64,000 nt of DNA, from NCBI GenBank assembly GCA_964016885.1, contig OZ024741.1:300080001-300144000 (forward strand). The letters are read 5' to 3'. Below the pieces are notes generated by a model. The model had not been told where the DNA came from. It did no database searches and saw nothing but the letters and a program-made list of their open reading frames with translations. Numbering within the stretch: the first letter of the stretch is position 1; the number at the start of each line of letters is the position of its first letter. The translations under genes were made by a program, and so were the position numbers. Below are positions 1-16,029 of this stretch, piece after piece. Source of the DNA: Eledone cirrhosa (lineage: Eukaryota).

Positions 1-185
1 TTCTTTGCCAGGGAACGTTTCCACGAACCAAAGTATCGTCTTCCTGTCTTCCTCCGGTTGCAACGTTTTTTGAAATATCCACTTCTGCGTTTACAGATTG
101 ACTTTGTTAGTTTCAGAAGATCCCGTTAAGGGCGAAAGCAGCGATTCTTTGCTTAAACTTTAATCTGTTATTTTAATAAATATTT
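1..185 (+). repeat. 3' terminal segment of a dispersed repeat (probable PLE 3' end), second copy inverted at ~44648-44828
   Basis: 1-180 is the near-identical reverse complement of ~44648-44828, which is the end of a decayed PLE; both are followed by AT-rich/(TA)n sequence. Confidence 0.7.
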
Positions 186-258
186 GCTCTACGGTTCTTA
201 TATATTTGATATATATTTATCCTTATCTTTGGATTTTAGTCTTCAAATTTATTATTAT

Positions 259-344
<86 letters not shown>

Positions 345-675
345 GTGTGTGTGTGTGCAATGTGACGTATTTAGAAGGATGGGCCAATGTAATCGTTTCA
401 TTTCACATCATACAATTAACGTTATTCCGTGAAAAATTAGTAGAAATTGCTCTTAGGAATAGTATTTCATCATAAATAATTCTATAATTATTATCTAAGT
501 ATATCGCTATCTATATATATGTGTGTGTATGTGTGTGTGTGTTTGTGTGTGTGTGTATGTGTGTGTGTGTGTGTGAGTGTGTGTATATATGCATATGTGG
601 TACCAGGAAAAACAGGAAGTATATATGCATATGTGTTACCAGGAAAAAGGCAGAAAGTATTTGTCAAAGGGAGAA

Positions 676-1563
<888 letters not shown>

Positions 1564-1577
1564 GTATGAATGTATGT

Positions 1578-2166
1578 CTTTAGTCCTGCAGGATGTCCAA
1601 AATCACCCTCCTCACCAAGAAACCTTGGTGGGGTTGCCAGTTTAGTCGCCAACGACCCGACGTTGGACATCCTGCATGACTAAAAACAAAACCTGTCAAA
1701 GGGCAAAGGAGCTCTGAAGAGTCAATGGCCATCCAAAATCACCGGGAGAGATGACCTATTAACCTTTTTCAAGCCAGAATTCTAGAAGGAAAACTCTGAT
1801 ATAACACCTGTAACCCTGATGGTATCCAATGATGTTGACTTGTTCTTCTTTTTGGTAAATATCATCTTGGTTAAGAGAGTGGGACTGGCTTTGTGCAGTG
1901 CCTTTGCTCACTATAAAAGCTTCACGGCACAGGCATTGCTTTGTATCTGGAGATCTCTCTGCACTTGTCGTCACATGGTACCATGAGCCCAGCATTATGT
2001 GTCAATAATTGTCACAAGTGTAGTGTTTGTACCAGAGTGTTTAAGTCGCTGGCTGGACTAAAAAGTCACACTCGTTCAGCGCATCGTAGGGCCTCTCCTA
2101 CATGGATATAAAGTAGTGGCCGTACTCGAAAACGAGTTGGCAGCCACCATGTATGTATGTATGTAT
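1578..2166 (+). mobile_element. RTE-type LINE remnant (3' end with C2H2 finger and (ATGT)n tail; 5' part probably inverted)
   Basis: ~2019-2090 translates CSVCTRVFKSLAGLKSHTRSAH; 3' hairpin ctcgaaaacgag then (atgt)n; hairpin ttagtcctgcaggatgtccaa/ttggacatcctgcatgactaa at ~1580-1683. Confidence 0.55.
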
Positions 2167-2189
2167 CATTATTTAATAGCTTATGTATC

Positions 2190-2378
2190 ATTGGATTGAC
2201 AGTATCGGTAGAGGGTCGGATCTGATGCTTTGATGCATAGAGTTACTGCTCTTGTCATTCTGAGTTCAAATCCCACCGCGGTTAACTTTGCTTTACATCC
2301 TTACGGGGTCGATAAAATAAAGTACCAGTAATTCACTGGTAATTGCTGACCTTGTGCTAAAAGTAGAAAGAAAAAAAA
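2190..2378 (+). mobile_element. tRNA-derived SINE
   Basis: A-box-like tgacagtatcgg, B box gagttcaaatcc, core catccttacggggtcgataaaataaagtaccagt; same family at 25778, 30108, 54203, 59621 and 61570. Confidence 0.8.
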
Positions 2379-2384
2379 AATTTT

Positions 2385-2670
2385 ATAGCTTATGGTATTT
2401 ATAATTATGAGCATTCGGCTGACGAAGCTAATTTGCATACAGAGCACAAAAGCTGGTGGACTCCAATTAATGAGAGAGAGTGATGTTTTGAAATAGCATG
2501 GTGGATTTGTGGCTGGGGTTGTATATGATAAATATACATCTCCAGTGACGTACCAATCATACTATGTCAGAGCATTGCTACCTCTCATTTATTAGAATAC
2601 GCCAGCTTTTGTTCTCTATGCGAATGAGATTCAGTAGCCGGCGTTTTTAAGCATAAATACTATGAGCTTT
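2385..2670. repeat. Imperfect ~285-bp fold-back (MITE-like)
   Basis: agcttatggtatttat...cggct..gcatacagagcacaaaagctgg pairs with ccagcttttgttctctatgc..agccg...ataaatactatgagct. Confidence 0.5.
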
Positions 2671-4107
2671 TAGCTTATTTTCTTCCTGGCATCAAAGCGG
2701 TGTTAGCCCCTCTGGATACGGTTAAAGAACTGGAAACGGCCGTTAGAGTGCTCTTTCTTATTTGCTAAAAACCAGTGGTAAAATTCACCATTTCCAAAAT
2801 TCACACCAAGGCTAAAAATATGTTTATTTACCTGAATCTTTTGTATTAGGTTCAATATACAATCGGTATGCCAGAGCATCACGGCCTCTCTTTAATTGGA
2901 GCCCGGCAGCTTTTGCTTTAATATTTTATTTCAACGTTGTAAAGTTGCTATTTTTTTTTTCATTTCCATAAGCCGAGATTAAAGAAGGCAATTTGTTTTG
3001 CGGTCTGATATGATATTGTGCCTGACGTATTAAGTTGGAAAAGATACTGCACACATTAATTACATTCTTAATCTAACACGCCAAAAACATTAACAAACGT
3101 GCATGTAAAAGATTATTTACGCGTAACATTATACCGGATTTTGATATTTTATTAAGATAATTTGCTATCTACATAATTTGACGAAATTACATATAATACT
3201 ATACTTACAAATGTTGCTTTCACTCATAGCGATGACACTATTTTATAAACATGTTAAAAAAGGTATACTATATAAACAGTAAGTTCTTGTTTTATATTTA
3301 TATTGATTCATTGTAATTGTGAATTCAGTCATTGCAACTGAGACAGTAAACCGGTGTTGAGGTATCTTCATAATTATCTTATTTAACATACTTCAATAAT
3401 TACGTTACACACCATTTCCTAATTTAAAACCACCTATAAACTTATATACTAGATCCAACATCGATCCAATTCTACTTTATATACATAGCAATCTGAGCCA
3501 TGTTTTCCATAAAACGGAAACAAGTTTCCCGAAACTTAAAATATCTACATCACTACATATTCATACATCTCTCTATATCACTTAACTTTTGTTTTGTAAA
3601 TCATTCAAACGTAAAATCTGTAAAATTATTCGTAAATCGTTTTAAAGACTCCACATGTATTTTCAAATTCTTTTCTCTATATTTCTACGCATGTGGGATA
3701 TAAAATCCTTATGTTCTTTTATATATATACTACTAAACTCTGTGACTATATGATGACAATCGTGATGATAAGATAAAGGCAGCTGTTGTGAAAAGCTGGA
3801 GACACATTCGAAGAATGGGCGAAGGAATAGCATTGTTGAGAATTCACCACTTATTTTTAATTAGTGTTATAAGCTAACATGAGTGATCCTATATGATACC
3901 AGGAAAGGTACTCACTCTTACGTAGGGTGATCAATCGTGTTTTTAACAGGATATATTAATTGGACTTTTCAGATGCGAAAATAGTCACCGAAAAATTAGG
4001 TGTGGTAGAGTAAGAGATTTTAATGGTATTTAAACATCGCATACCATATAGCTAGTAGTAATAAAAGGAAGATTAATAATTATTTCCAACTAATTAAAAC
4101 ACAACAG

Positions 4108-6062
4108 GTGTTAAATTTAGTACCTGTAAATCCTAGTAGTAATACTAGTAATAATGGTAATAGCACTAATGAAATCAATAACAATAGGAATGACGACCAT
4201 CATTACCATAATGCTAACCCTAGCAACCAGACTTCTACACAACATTGTAACCGGCAAGCAAACATCCAGAATAAATGTGACTGTAGAACTAATAAAAATT
4301 GCCCCTTAGGTAACAATTGCTTAACCAAACACATCATCTACTCATGCACTGTCAACGCAAACAACTCTTCTAAAACATATATTGGCACTACTTCGAACTT
4401 CTTCAAGAGGAGAAACAACTCGCACCTCCACTCTTTCAAAAAACAAAATCTAGCCAACTCCACTTTTTATCTAGCTACGCACACTCTCTGAAAACTAGAA
4501 ATAGACTATTTACACTTCAATGGGAAGTAGTGGGTAGGGCTACATCGTATAAACCACCGAATAAATTGTGTAACCTCTGTCTTCTAGAGACCCGTACTAT
4601 AATCGTTTCGAAACTAGACCTCCTAATAGAACGTCAGATACATTTTCCTCATGCCAGCACCTCTACCGACACTCGTTCCATAACTTTAAACCTAACTGCT
4701 AGTATATAACAATGACGGATTTGAATTCCTCACCACCATTAACACTTCACATCTAGGATTACCAGCCCCCACAGCAACACACTTTTTCATCAGCTCTTCC
4801 CTCTATACAACTCCTATTTATCTCTAACCTTGTACTCTACAATAACTGTTATAATTAAGCATAAATTACCACCTGTTTATATAACTAGTATAGCTTAATT
4901 ATATTATATGCAGTAATGGATATATATGTAGAGACATTTAATGTAATATGTAATAATAAATTATATATACATTTATAATTAAATATTTAAATTAATAGCA
5001 TGTATATAAGGGATTTACTTTTAACACAATATAATAATAATAAATTACATATACAGATATAATTAAATATATAAATTAATATCATTGTATATAAGGGATT
5101 ACATTTTAACACAATAATGTATATTATTACACAAATGATATTTGGACATGTAAACAGCTATACAATTTTTCCATAACATATATCTTGTCCAGTAATGAAT
5201 AGATAACAATCTAAAGAGACCTTTAATGTATTATAGGAACATTCACTGTATTTAGAATTAAGTATAAATATATAACATTATGTAATAGAGATTCACTTGT
5301 ATCACATTATAATGTGTATTAAAGCAAATAATTTTAATAATTGAATTTAATTAGCTAGTTACCTCCCTTTACACATTAGTTCGCCTTAATCTTAGATCTA
5401 ATACTCACTTCCGGAGAATAAACCGTTGGAAAAACTACCTGTTGAACAACTCTAATCCATGAATAAGAATAGAATAAGACCAATTTTCAATCCATTGCTT
5501 TAACTAATTTAAAACATTCAATATAAACATTAACTAAAATATAATTGAACATATGTAATGGACAGGACTACAATAACTTTGATTTTCTCAACACACACAA
5601 ATCCGAACACTATCAACATACTACATCCACCATAAATGTTAATACATTAACATATCTGCTTACCATACAGTATTTGTATATTTATCTATATATGCATAAT
5701 ATCTTTGCTTATTTCCTTCTCATATATATGACTAACGCATGTGCACTTTCTACACGCTGGCACATGTACTGCTAATGTACTCTTTCTTTCTCAATGTCTC
5801 TTGTATTATCTGTTGCATGTATTCCAATCTGTGCTTTTAAATTGAATTTGAATTATTGTACAATTTTCGTATAATATATGTCGCATCCAGTACACCCTGT
5901 AAATACGAACCTGTTGTTCACAACGTCAATATATATGTATCTATATGATTGTTCAGTTGAATGGGAGGTTAATTACATGTACAATGATGACCTCAAAGAA
6001 AAGTTTGGAAGAAACGATTGTCAGCTATTAAATGATTTGAACACAACTTTGATAATTGTCTA
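4108..6062 (+). pseudogene. Penelope-like element 3' portion (Neptune-type GIY-YIG endonuclease remnant and AT-rich 3' region)
   Basis: KCDCRTNKNCPLGNNCLTKHIIYSC...TYIGTTS, then frameshifted CNLCLLE; decayed HHR-like atgatga..gaaacgattgtc at ~5984-6025; ends in (TA)n. Confidence 0.75.
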
Positions 6063-6310
6063 ATATATATATATATATATATATGTACACAGTCCATCGA
6101 CGTTCGTCAAATCATAGCTAGAAAATTTTATAGGAAAGTTAACAAGGGATCTTTAAAGAATCTCCCCACCAATGTTAACAAAGAACGTACAAGATCTACA
6201 AATCCAAATTGTAAAACTATAATATTATAAAATTAAATTGTTTAAAACTACAAGTGAAGTCATATTTTACCTTTTTTCCATACTGTACCAAGTATTTCAC
6301 ACATTTCCCA

Positions 6311-6341
<31 letters not shown>

Positions 6342-6373
6342 CATACATACATACGCACACATACACACATATA

Positions 6374-6478
<105 letters not shown>

Positions 6479-6686
6479 ATATGTATATATATATATATAT
6501 TGGTAAACGGAAAAGAAAATGCTGACAAATTGTTCACAGTGAAAAATAGTTTAATTAGGAATAAGTGAGAATTAGTAATAGCATTGGTTAGTATTCAGTT
6601 TTGGTTTTAAGTTTTACCGGTTGCGCATTTCTAATGCTTTTCAAAAATAATTTTGAGATAGAGCGTCCGTGATGTTTGCTCTAATC

Positions 6687-6846
<160 letters not shown>

Positions 6847-6899
6847 ACCACAACATAATTTAAATAAGACTACATCTCTTAAAAGGACAAATAATACAA

Positions 6900-8195
6900 T
6901 CCTTCAACCTGGAAAACACAACCACCCAAATCACCAACACAAAAACAACATAACACAAAATCATAATACAACCCCAGCACTAAATCATCCACCAAGCAGC
7001 ACTCATTCTCTCTCTAACATTAATTACAATAAGAATAGCTCAAAGATTAATGAGAATTATGTAGGTACCTCCAACAACCATCTTACGTATGGTCGTAATT
7101 GCAGAAATAGAAGCGCTTGCCCCTTAAATGGCAACTGTTTGATTAATAATGTTATATATAAATGCACTGTGTCTACTAATAACTCCAACAAATCGTATAT
7201 AGGATCTACATCGAACACTTTTAAGAAAAGCTATTACGCACACTCCAGTAGCTTTAACAATACTAAGCTAGCTAACACCACATCCTTAGCTGAAGCAGTA
7301 AATGATTATAAAAATAAAGGAATAGATTTCAAACTATCGTGGAATACCATTCTACAAAGAACTCCATATCTTGGGAAAAGGAGTGAATGCAGATTATATT
7401 TCGGCGCCATCTTGGAAATTACTAAATCTAAAGATGATTTATTGAACAAACGACAAGATTTGATTATAGTTTGTAATCACCGTATACGAAAAACATTTAA
7501 ATACTATAAACCTAACTAAGCATTTCTCTTAAAATCTTTTAAACTTTTACTTTTTTAGCTTCCATAGATGCATGTGTTACTGGCTATTTTATTACATTAT
7601 ATTATATTAATATATTATTGTATTTAATTATGTTATTATAATTTTAATATTTTAATGTACTATCCTTCCTAATTATGACCATTATCTTACGTATCTATAT
7701 TTATTCTAGTTATTTCCGTATATCTCATATTTATTTATTTATATTCACCTAAAAAATTCCATTCAACACAGCTCAACATAAAAATATTTTAAAATTTCAC
7801 TACACCAACTGCAATCCACTATTAATACAATCCCCTTTCTCTATTAGTAATTCTATTTTTAACACCTTTCAACCATTCCTTAGCTAGAGTGGTTTTTATT
7901 TCGTTTTAACATCATTTGGCAAAATACCATTTGATCGGTTTATTCTTCGACAGCCTCCAAATAAGGTCACTAAACCCAATTTAGTACTGATATTGAATGA
8001 AATTCTTTATTGCATTTGACAACAGATGATGATATACAAGTAGGTAAATATTTACCTTATCTGTTATTTTGTAATTAACCATGCATAGATCGATAACGAA
8101 ATATGCGTACGATGTATTATTATCACCTAGAAATGATCGTAAAGCAGTGAAGTATTTTCCTAATGACTTGAATTTTTATTTCATTATTTTAACTT
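6900..8195 (+). pseudogene. Penelope-like element 3' portion (Neptune-type GIY-YIG)
   Basis: [23 protein letters not shown]...SYIGSTS...[11 protein letters not shown] (ORF 7139-7519), flanked by (TA)n. Confidence 0.75.
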
Positions 8196-8212
8196 ATATA
8201 TACATATATGTA

Positions 8213-8340
<128 letters not shown>

Positions 8341-8343
8341 TAC

Positions 8344-8376
<33 letters not shown>

Positions 8377-8377
8377 A

Positions 8378-8531
<154 letters not shown>

Positions 8532-9808
8532 TAACGTTAGTTATATAAAGGCGCCATGCCAGGCACGTTCGCTTCGTTAGTCCCGAAGACCAGCTTGTTC
8601 AACTTGTATCAATGAAAATGAACCGGAAAATGTTTACTAAAAAATGAAAATACAGAACAAAGGGAGATGGGCCCAAATCAAAGACAGAAAATCTGGAGAA
8701 TCTACGGGAGTCAATTTTGCAGAAAAGACGCAAGCAAACGACAAATTAGCCCAATAAAATTGAGGGGGTTAGAAAAAATCGATAGATTTAGAATGATGTA
8801 AATCAATATTTAGGAGGCCTGTTCATTAAATGATTCTTAGAAACGTGAGAAAATCGCGAACTCTATAACATCTATAAGTTGTTTATTATTGTTGTGGGGA
8901 TTATCAATATCCGTCATTTCTCGTCACTATAATCTGAAGCCCTTGAACCCATTTATATATTGTCAAAGTTTTTCTAGTATCTTCCATTTGATTGAGAAGT
9001 GTATGTTCATGTCTGTGAATTGGAATATTAAAATGAGGAGGTGGAATCACATTTTTCTTTCATTGAAAACTGCTAGTGTTAATCCAGATTATTGAACGCA
9101 GTGCACCTGGTCCTCTATATCTCATATTCATCTTCTGATTAAATATATACGAATTATATCAAATTATGAATTAAATGAACACATTATTTCAGGGTCTTCA
9201 ATGATTAGATGGCGACCATTCTGACGTACCATCTGGAGCGTAGTTGAAAAGACGTAGAGATCATAGACTGGGGAATCTGTACCGAGTCGATACCCATATA
9301 ACTAGTATGCTGAGCGAGCATTAACCATTAAGGTATGTAAATGCTTCAATGTAAATGAGTATAATAAGAGACGATTACTATAGACAATAGTCAAGAAATG
9401 CGGATAAATTACCCTTCGCAACAGAAAGGTGTGGACAGAAATAACTGCGAAGAAGCAAATGGACTGGCTAATGCATTAACTATTACTGTGATGGATCATT
9501 GACCAACAATTATTGTCTTTTAGAAGATGTCTTGTCTGTAGTTAGGAAGTGAAGACTTACGGTATGAACACAAACCACACACACAAATATCCATGAAAGT
9601 ATATATGATATGCTTTAGCAATTTACGTCTACCAAATTTCTCTCAGTAATACAACACAGCATGAGTGACTTACGAGCTACAGGGTTGCACAATTAATATC
9701 GACCACCTTAACTAAACAGCTATGTATGTGTCTGGCTGTGCCTAACTGCCAGTACACACACACAAACACACGCACACACACACAGACAAATACACACACA
9801 CATGTATA

Positions 9809-9869
<61 letters not shown>

Positions 9870-10521
9870 GTATTGCATGTGTGAGAAAATGTATATATAT
9901 ATATGTTTATACAATTGGTGGGATGTGTAGCTTCATGCATTTTGAAGGAGAATTATTTAATTTGCCACACCGTTGATTCTTACTTCTGTTATCGACCACA
10001 GAAGTATGAAATAGCAAAGCATCCCTAGACGGGATTTAAATGTAGATGAACACGGATGTAACTAAAAACCGAATGAAAATGTCTCCACTGCACCACTGAC
10101 TCTGCAAAATCACTCTTTCCTCATACGCTCAGCTCCATGATCATAATGAAACATATTGTTGGCATGTGTTACTGATAGGGGAACACATCTTTCTTGTAAT
10201 CTACTCCTATATACTGATATACTCTATAAATATGCGGTTCTATATACTATCCGCCTGCACACCATATCAATTATAGCAACGTTGACGAATATAAATATAT
10301 AAATATGATACAAAGTTATTCAGAAATATATTGCCATTCCGATATTAACCAAGCAATAAGATAATCAATAAATGAAAGCACATTTTTTCTCGGCTTTCCG
10401 CGTATAACACACGAGGATAAGTCAATGGAAATTTTGATTACGTTGTGATTACCATTATTATCGAGCCTAAATGATAGCAAGTTAAATTTAACAAGACAGT
10501 TATTTGAACTTGAAATGATCG

Positions 10522-10600
<79 letters not shown>

Positions 10601-10624
10601 AAATCCACATCTATATCTATGTAT

Positions 10625-11478
10625 GTTATCTCTTTCTCTTAATTTCGAGTATATTTTTTTGACGGGCCACCTTCCTGGTGGCAAAGTTGTAAAAGAAAAG
10701 AAATTGTCATCCCTTGAATCACAAGAATGTTTTGCAAATTTTGAAGGTGCCAGCTATCGCAGCCATTTGTAGACTATGAATTAGGGAGCTGCGCTTTTTG
10801 CCCGCAAATCCAAGTTCAGTCATACTTTGGTCCAAGCGGGTTGGTATATAACCCGTAGCTCCAATAATGATGGGTATGAAGCTAAAGTTGTATTTTGGAT
10901 ACTGGATTTGTAAACTCCTCATCAATGGTAGTAGATGTCCTTCTTCTCCTGTATTTTCTGACAACGTTTACATCAAGTGGGCAGAACACGTTTTCAATGT
11001 GTGGTCCCAAACTACAATATCAGGCCGGTTGTGCTTTAATTTGGTGGCAGTTTTTATTTTCATGTTCCACCAGTATTCCTTAGTGCCATCTATCTCAATA
11101 TATTCTTCCTCGTTTGTTGTTAATTGTGTTTTCCGAAGTGCGTTCCAGATCGTTCTAGCTATCCCATCGTGTCTCATGGGGAGGTAGTAGCAAGATGACA
11201 TTCTTTCGTAGCTGGCAACAATGTGGCTTATATCCTCGATCTTTGTTTTACATAGCCTACATTTATTGTCAGCTTTTGGCCCTCCTCTTTTGTGCAGCAG
11301 ATATTTGGTAGGGAGTTCTTGTTCCTGTATTGCATAGAGCTATCGCTCAAGGTGTGATGTCATAAACTTGTGGGAACTCCATGCCAGGCTTTTTGAGTGG
11401 TTTATCCCCTCTATGGTCTGTGTTTTACGTATCAAGTATCCATGCACAACTTTTTCTGTAAATTGGTCATTGTTTTTT
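10625..11478 (-). pseudogene. 5'-truncated R4/Dong-type LINE copy
   Basis: Highly similar to 32564-33430 (RHDG..RPDIVVWD RLE region and 3' UTR); (tatg)n at the 5' junction and tatgtatg at the 3' junction. Confidence 0.9.
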
Positions 11479-11972
11479 ATGTATGTATGTATGTATGTGT
11501 GTATGTATGTATGTATGTATGTATGCATGTATGTATGTATGTATGTATGTATGTATGTATGCATGTATGTATGTATGTATATGTAGGATATCCGTAGATG
11601 AAAGAGAGCTAATTTATTCTAAACCAATGTTACATACACTAATCCTTATCAGGGTTTCGGAGTCTAATTATGGACACCACTGCATACGTGGATGAATAAA
11701 TGAATAGGGAAGATATTTCCACCGACAATTTTCTCTCTAAAAAGACAGGAACGTTTCATATTTGAAACAAGGGATGTAATTCTGAATTGGAGATTAAGGG
11801 AGTGAACCTTTGCGGCTGTTGACATTTCCGCTAATTTGTAGATAGCTAAATAATTAAAATAAAACATACAAATACTGATATGTATACACACACTAACAAA
11901 TATATAAACATTTAAAATATGTATATTTATGTATATATATAGACATAAAAACATACATAAATATACGCAAAC

Positions 11973-12083
11973 ATTCTCCAAACACTGAAGCTAAATTTCG
12001 AGGACAAAACCATCGGCCTATACCGCGACGACGGTAATTGTTTGGCCAACTACTGCAACGGGCATGATATAGACAAGTTCTGA
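11973..12083 (+). pseudogene. Short PLE reverse transcriptase fragment
   Basis: Reads ILQTLKLNFEDKTIGLYRDDGNCLANY; GLYRDDG is the catalytic motif typical of Neptune-type PLE RT. Confidence 0.6.
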
Positions 12084-12145
12084 TTGTAAAGATCTGATGA
12101 TCACTTTTGGCACCCTATGACTTGAATCAATGGTCGCGCATGCCT

Positions 12146-12182
<37 letters not shown>

Positions 12183-12185
<3 letters not shown>

Positions 12186-12345
12186 CAAAGAAAGTGTGCT
12201 AAGATACCAAGTGGACTATGTCTCACCAGCGTACTCGATAATTACAGTAGTAGAGTGGGTAATGGAAAATGATTCAGGGGCCCCGAAGGCCGAGCTCCGG
12301 CCGTTTCGACATGCAGAAATACAGGACCCCTGGCAGCATTATGTC
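12183..12345 (-). repeat. Short dispersed repeat related to 25263-25452, with partial hammerhead (GAAA-stem III-TC)
   Basis: Shared gtactcgata..gtagtagagtgggtaat..cggccgtttcgaca block in opposite orientation; no intact CTGANGA. Confidence 0.5.
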
Positions 12346-12784
12346 AGAGTGCGTGTTTCCTTATTTATAAATGTCTACATATATATGCAAGACGAAACCT
12401 ACACGTCTGAGGTGCAAATGACAACAAAGATACTCGGATATATTCCTTGTTGCTGTATATTAAATGCAATGATATTTGTTCTTTACAACATAATTATTCT
12501 CAACTTAAATAAAAATACAATTTCCCTGTTATAGCTTAATTGCTATGAATTATTGTTTTGTCTTGTGTCTTACTCCATGGGCAGTGTTTGGGATTGTACC
12601 AGACACTGTGATGCCGGTTGTATCGGCAGTACGGTTAGTTCGAGTTGAAACTGGCAACGTTCATCGCAATCGTTGAAGACTCTGGAATTATATTTTCAAA
12701 AAGTAATTTAACTTGAAAATATTTTCTACATTTTGCTTTGTTTGTTTTATTTTCTTTGTTATTTCACATGTGTATCTATTTTTT

Positions 12785-13211
12785 TCTAGGGCGGGTTAAA
12801 TTCTCGAGATCCATCGACGAGTTCTCTCCAGCGGTCTCTGTCCATCATTATCGCTGCCATGTCCTGCATCTCCAACAGACCAGTGTCTGTCCTTAGGGCA
12901 TCAACATACGTTAACCTTGGTCTTACCCTTCCAGCGTGATCATGCAGGGTGCCCACAGGAGCTCTTAGTGTAGTGTCAACGCTTGATGTCGGTGAGCATG
13001 TCCAGCTAACCTCAGTCTCCTCTGTGTCACTTTTGAGCTGACTTTTGGGAGGCACCCATACAGCTCTGAGTGTTTCATCCTCAGTGTATACTGATTAATG
13101 TTCAGAGCCATCCTCCGCATTCTTGTGTAGCACCCATCCACCATCTGAGTGAGTTTCTTGGTCAGTGTCCAAGTCACAGACCCGTACAGCAGCACAGACT
13201 CCACTACAGCA

Positions 13212-13214
<3 letters not shown>
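12785..13214 (-). pseudogene. LINE (RTE-like) 3' RT-thumb fragment
   Basis: [16 protein letters not shown]...DGCYTRMRRMALNI...RRLRLAGHAHRH...GRVRPRLTYVD...DRDRWR. Confidence 0.75.
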
Positions 13215-13300
<86 letters not shown>

Positions 13301-13305
13301 TATAT

Positions 13306-13468
<163 letters not shown>

Positions 13469-13729
13469 CATTTCCAAAACATCTAGTTTACCATACCGTG
13501 GATGATCCGCAGAAGGTGAAACATTTTTTCTCGGTAAGGTGAACTAACTGTTGTGGAACTACTGCTACCAAACTTGTCCCATCGACTGAGTGCTCTACTA
13601 CTACGGATATAACCCTCCAGTTTTCTACTATTATATATATTATTATATATACTATTATATATATATATTATATATACTATTATATATATTATTATTACTA
13701 TATATATATATATATATATATAGATATAT

Positions 13730-14874
<1,145 letters not shown>

Positions 14875-14876
<2 letters not shown>

Positions 14877-15316
14877 AAATTGTGTGAGATCCTTCTTACA
14901 GTTAGGTATATTTGAATAAAAGGAAAAGAATGATTTCACTTGTAGTTTTAAAAAATGTTGGATTTAATTTTATAATATTATAATATTATGAGTTGGTAGA
15001 TCCAGTAAGTTTTTTTTTTTAACTTCGGTGGGAAGAATTTTAGAGATTCTTGGTTAACTTGAGCTGGAGAACTTTCTCGCATTCGTCTGTCTGTGGCGAT
15101 TGTCAAACTGAGATCTGTTTGACAAACGCCACAGACAAACGAATGCGAGAAAGTTCTCCAACCCACGTTTACCAGGAATCTCTAAAATACTTCCCACCGA
15201 AGTTAACAAAGAACTTACTGGATCTACCAACTCATAATATTATAATATTATAAAATTAAATCAAAAGTGTTTTAACACTATAAGTGAAGTCATTCTTTTC
15301 CTTTTATTCAAATATA
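14875..15316. repeat. ~200-bp-arm fold-back of a dispersed repeat also present at ~6090-6312
   Basis: 14907-15108 is the inverted, diverged copy of 15117-15316; the right arm aligns to ~6150-6280. Confidence 0.8.
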
Positions 15317-15322
15317 TATATA

Positions 15323-15970
15323 TACAAATGAATATATGAGAGGGATGAACAATGATTCAAGTATACATGTGTTGGAATTGCAAATGACTAAGTTAGGTTG
15401 AAAAATACTAATTTAAAGTAATATGGTTTGCCTGACTCGATTTAAAATAATAAATCAATAAAAATAACAAACCTATATTGGTAATGGCCGTGATACCCGG
15501 ACAAATTCTATATTTGTTTCGCAACAATTATTAAGTGAAAATCACTATTCCTGTGCTATTCTGCGGGTATCCAGAAAATTGGGACCTTTCACTTCAAAAT
15601 ACTTAAGAAGACTGGGAGAAATGTGTTGTTTAACACACATGTGTCACAGCGCCTAACTCGTCCCATACTTGTGCCGCTAAAAATAGCAGCCCGTTTTATG
15701 CGACTAAAATTAGCTCTACGTATTGAGCCAACAATATTATATATTGAGTTATAAACTCGAAATAGTCGTTTACAATTAAATAGCTCAAAGAAGGGAATAT
15801 TTCCGAGCCGTGTAATACAAATAAATATATGACAGGGATGAACACTGATACAAGTATACATGTATTCGAAATGTAAATGACCAAGTTATCTAGGCTGAAA
15901 ATACTAATTTAAAATAATATGGTTTGCTGCTATTTTTAGCGGCACAAGTATGGGACGGGTTAGGCGCTGA
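15323..15970 (-). mobile_element. Non-coding ~493-nt unit with terminal redundancy, short inversion and decayed hammerhead
   Basis: Direct repeat 15323-15431 / 15816-15927; 15926-15970 inverted versus 15647-15691; minus strand gatacccg-CAGAATA-gca..tgc-GAAA-caaat..atttg-TC-cgggtatc at 15492-15571. Confidence 0.6.
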
Positions 15971-16029
15971 GTATCTATTCTATCTCTAATGTCAAAGAGT
16001 TAAGGTTAGGTGGATAAAGAGTAGTCTCC

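Noticed and set aside
105-150. cagaaga-tccc..ggg-cgaaa hammerhead-like string
   Set aside because: The core is CAGAAGA in both copies, and there is no convincing stem I or cleavage triplet.
13494-13536. taccg-tggatga..gaaa..cggta
   Set aside because: Two core changes and no stem III; at most a fossil.
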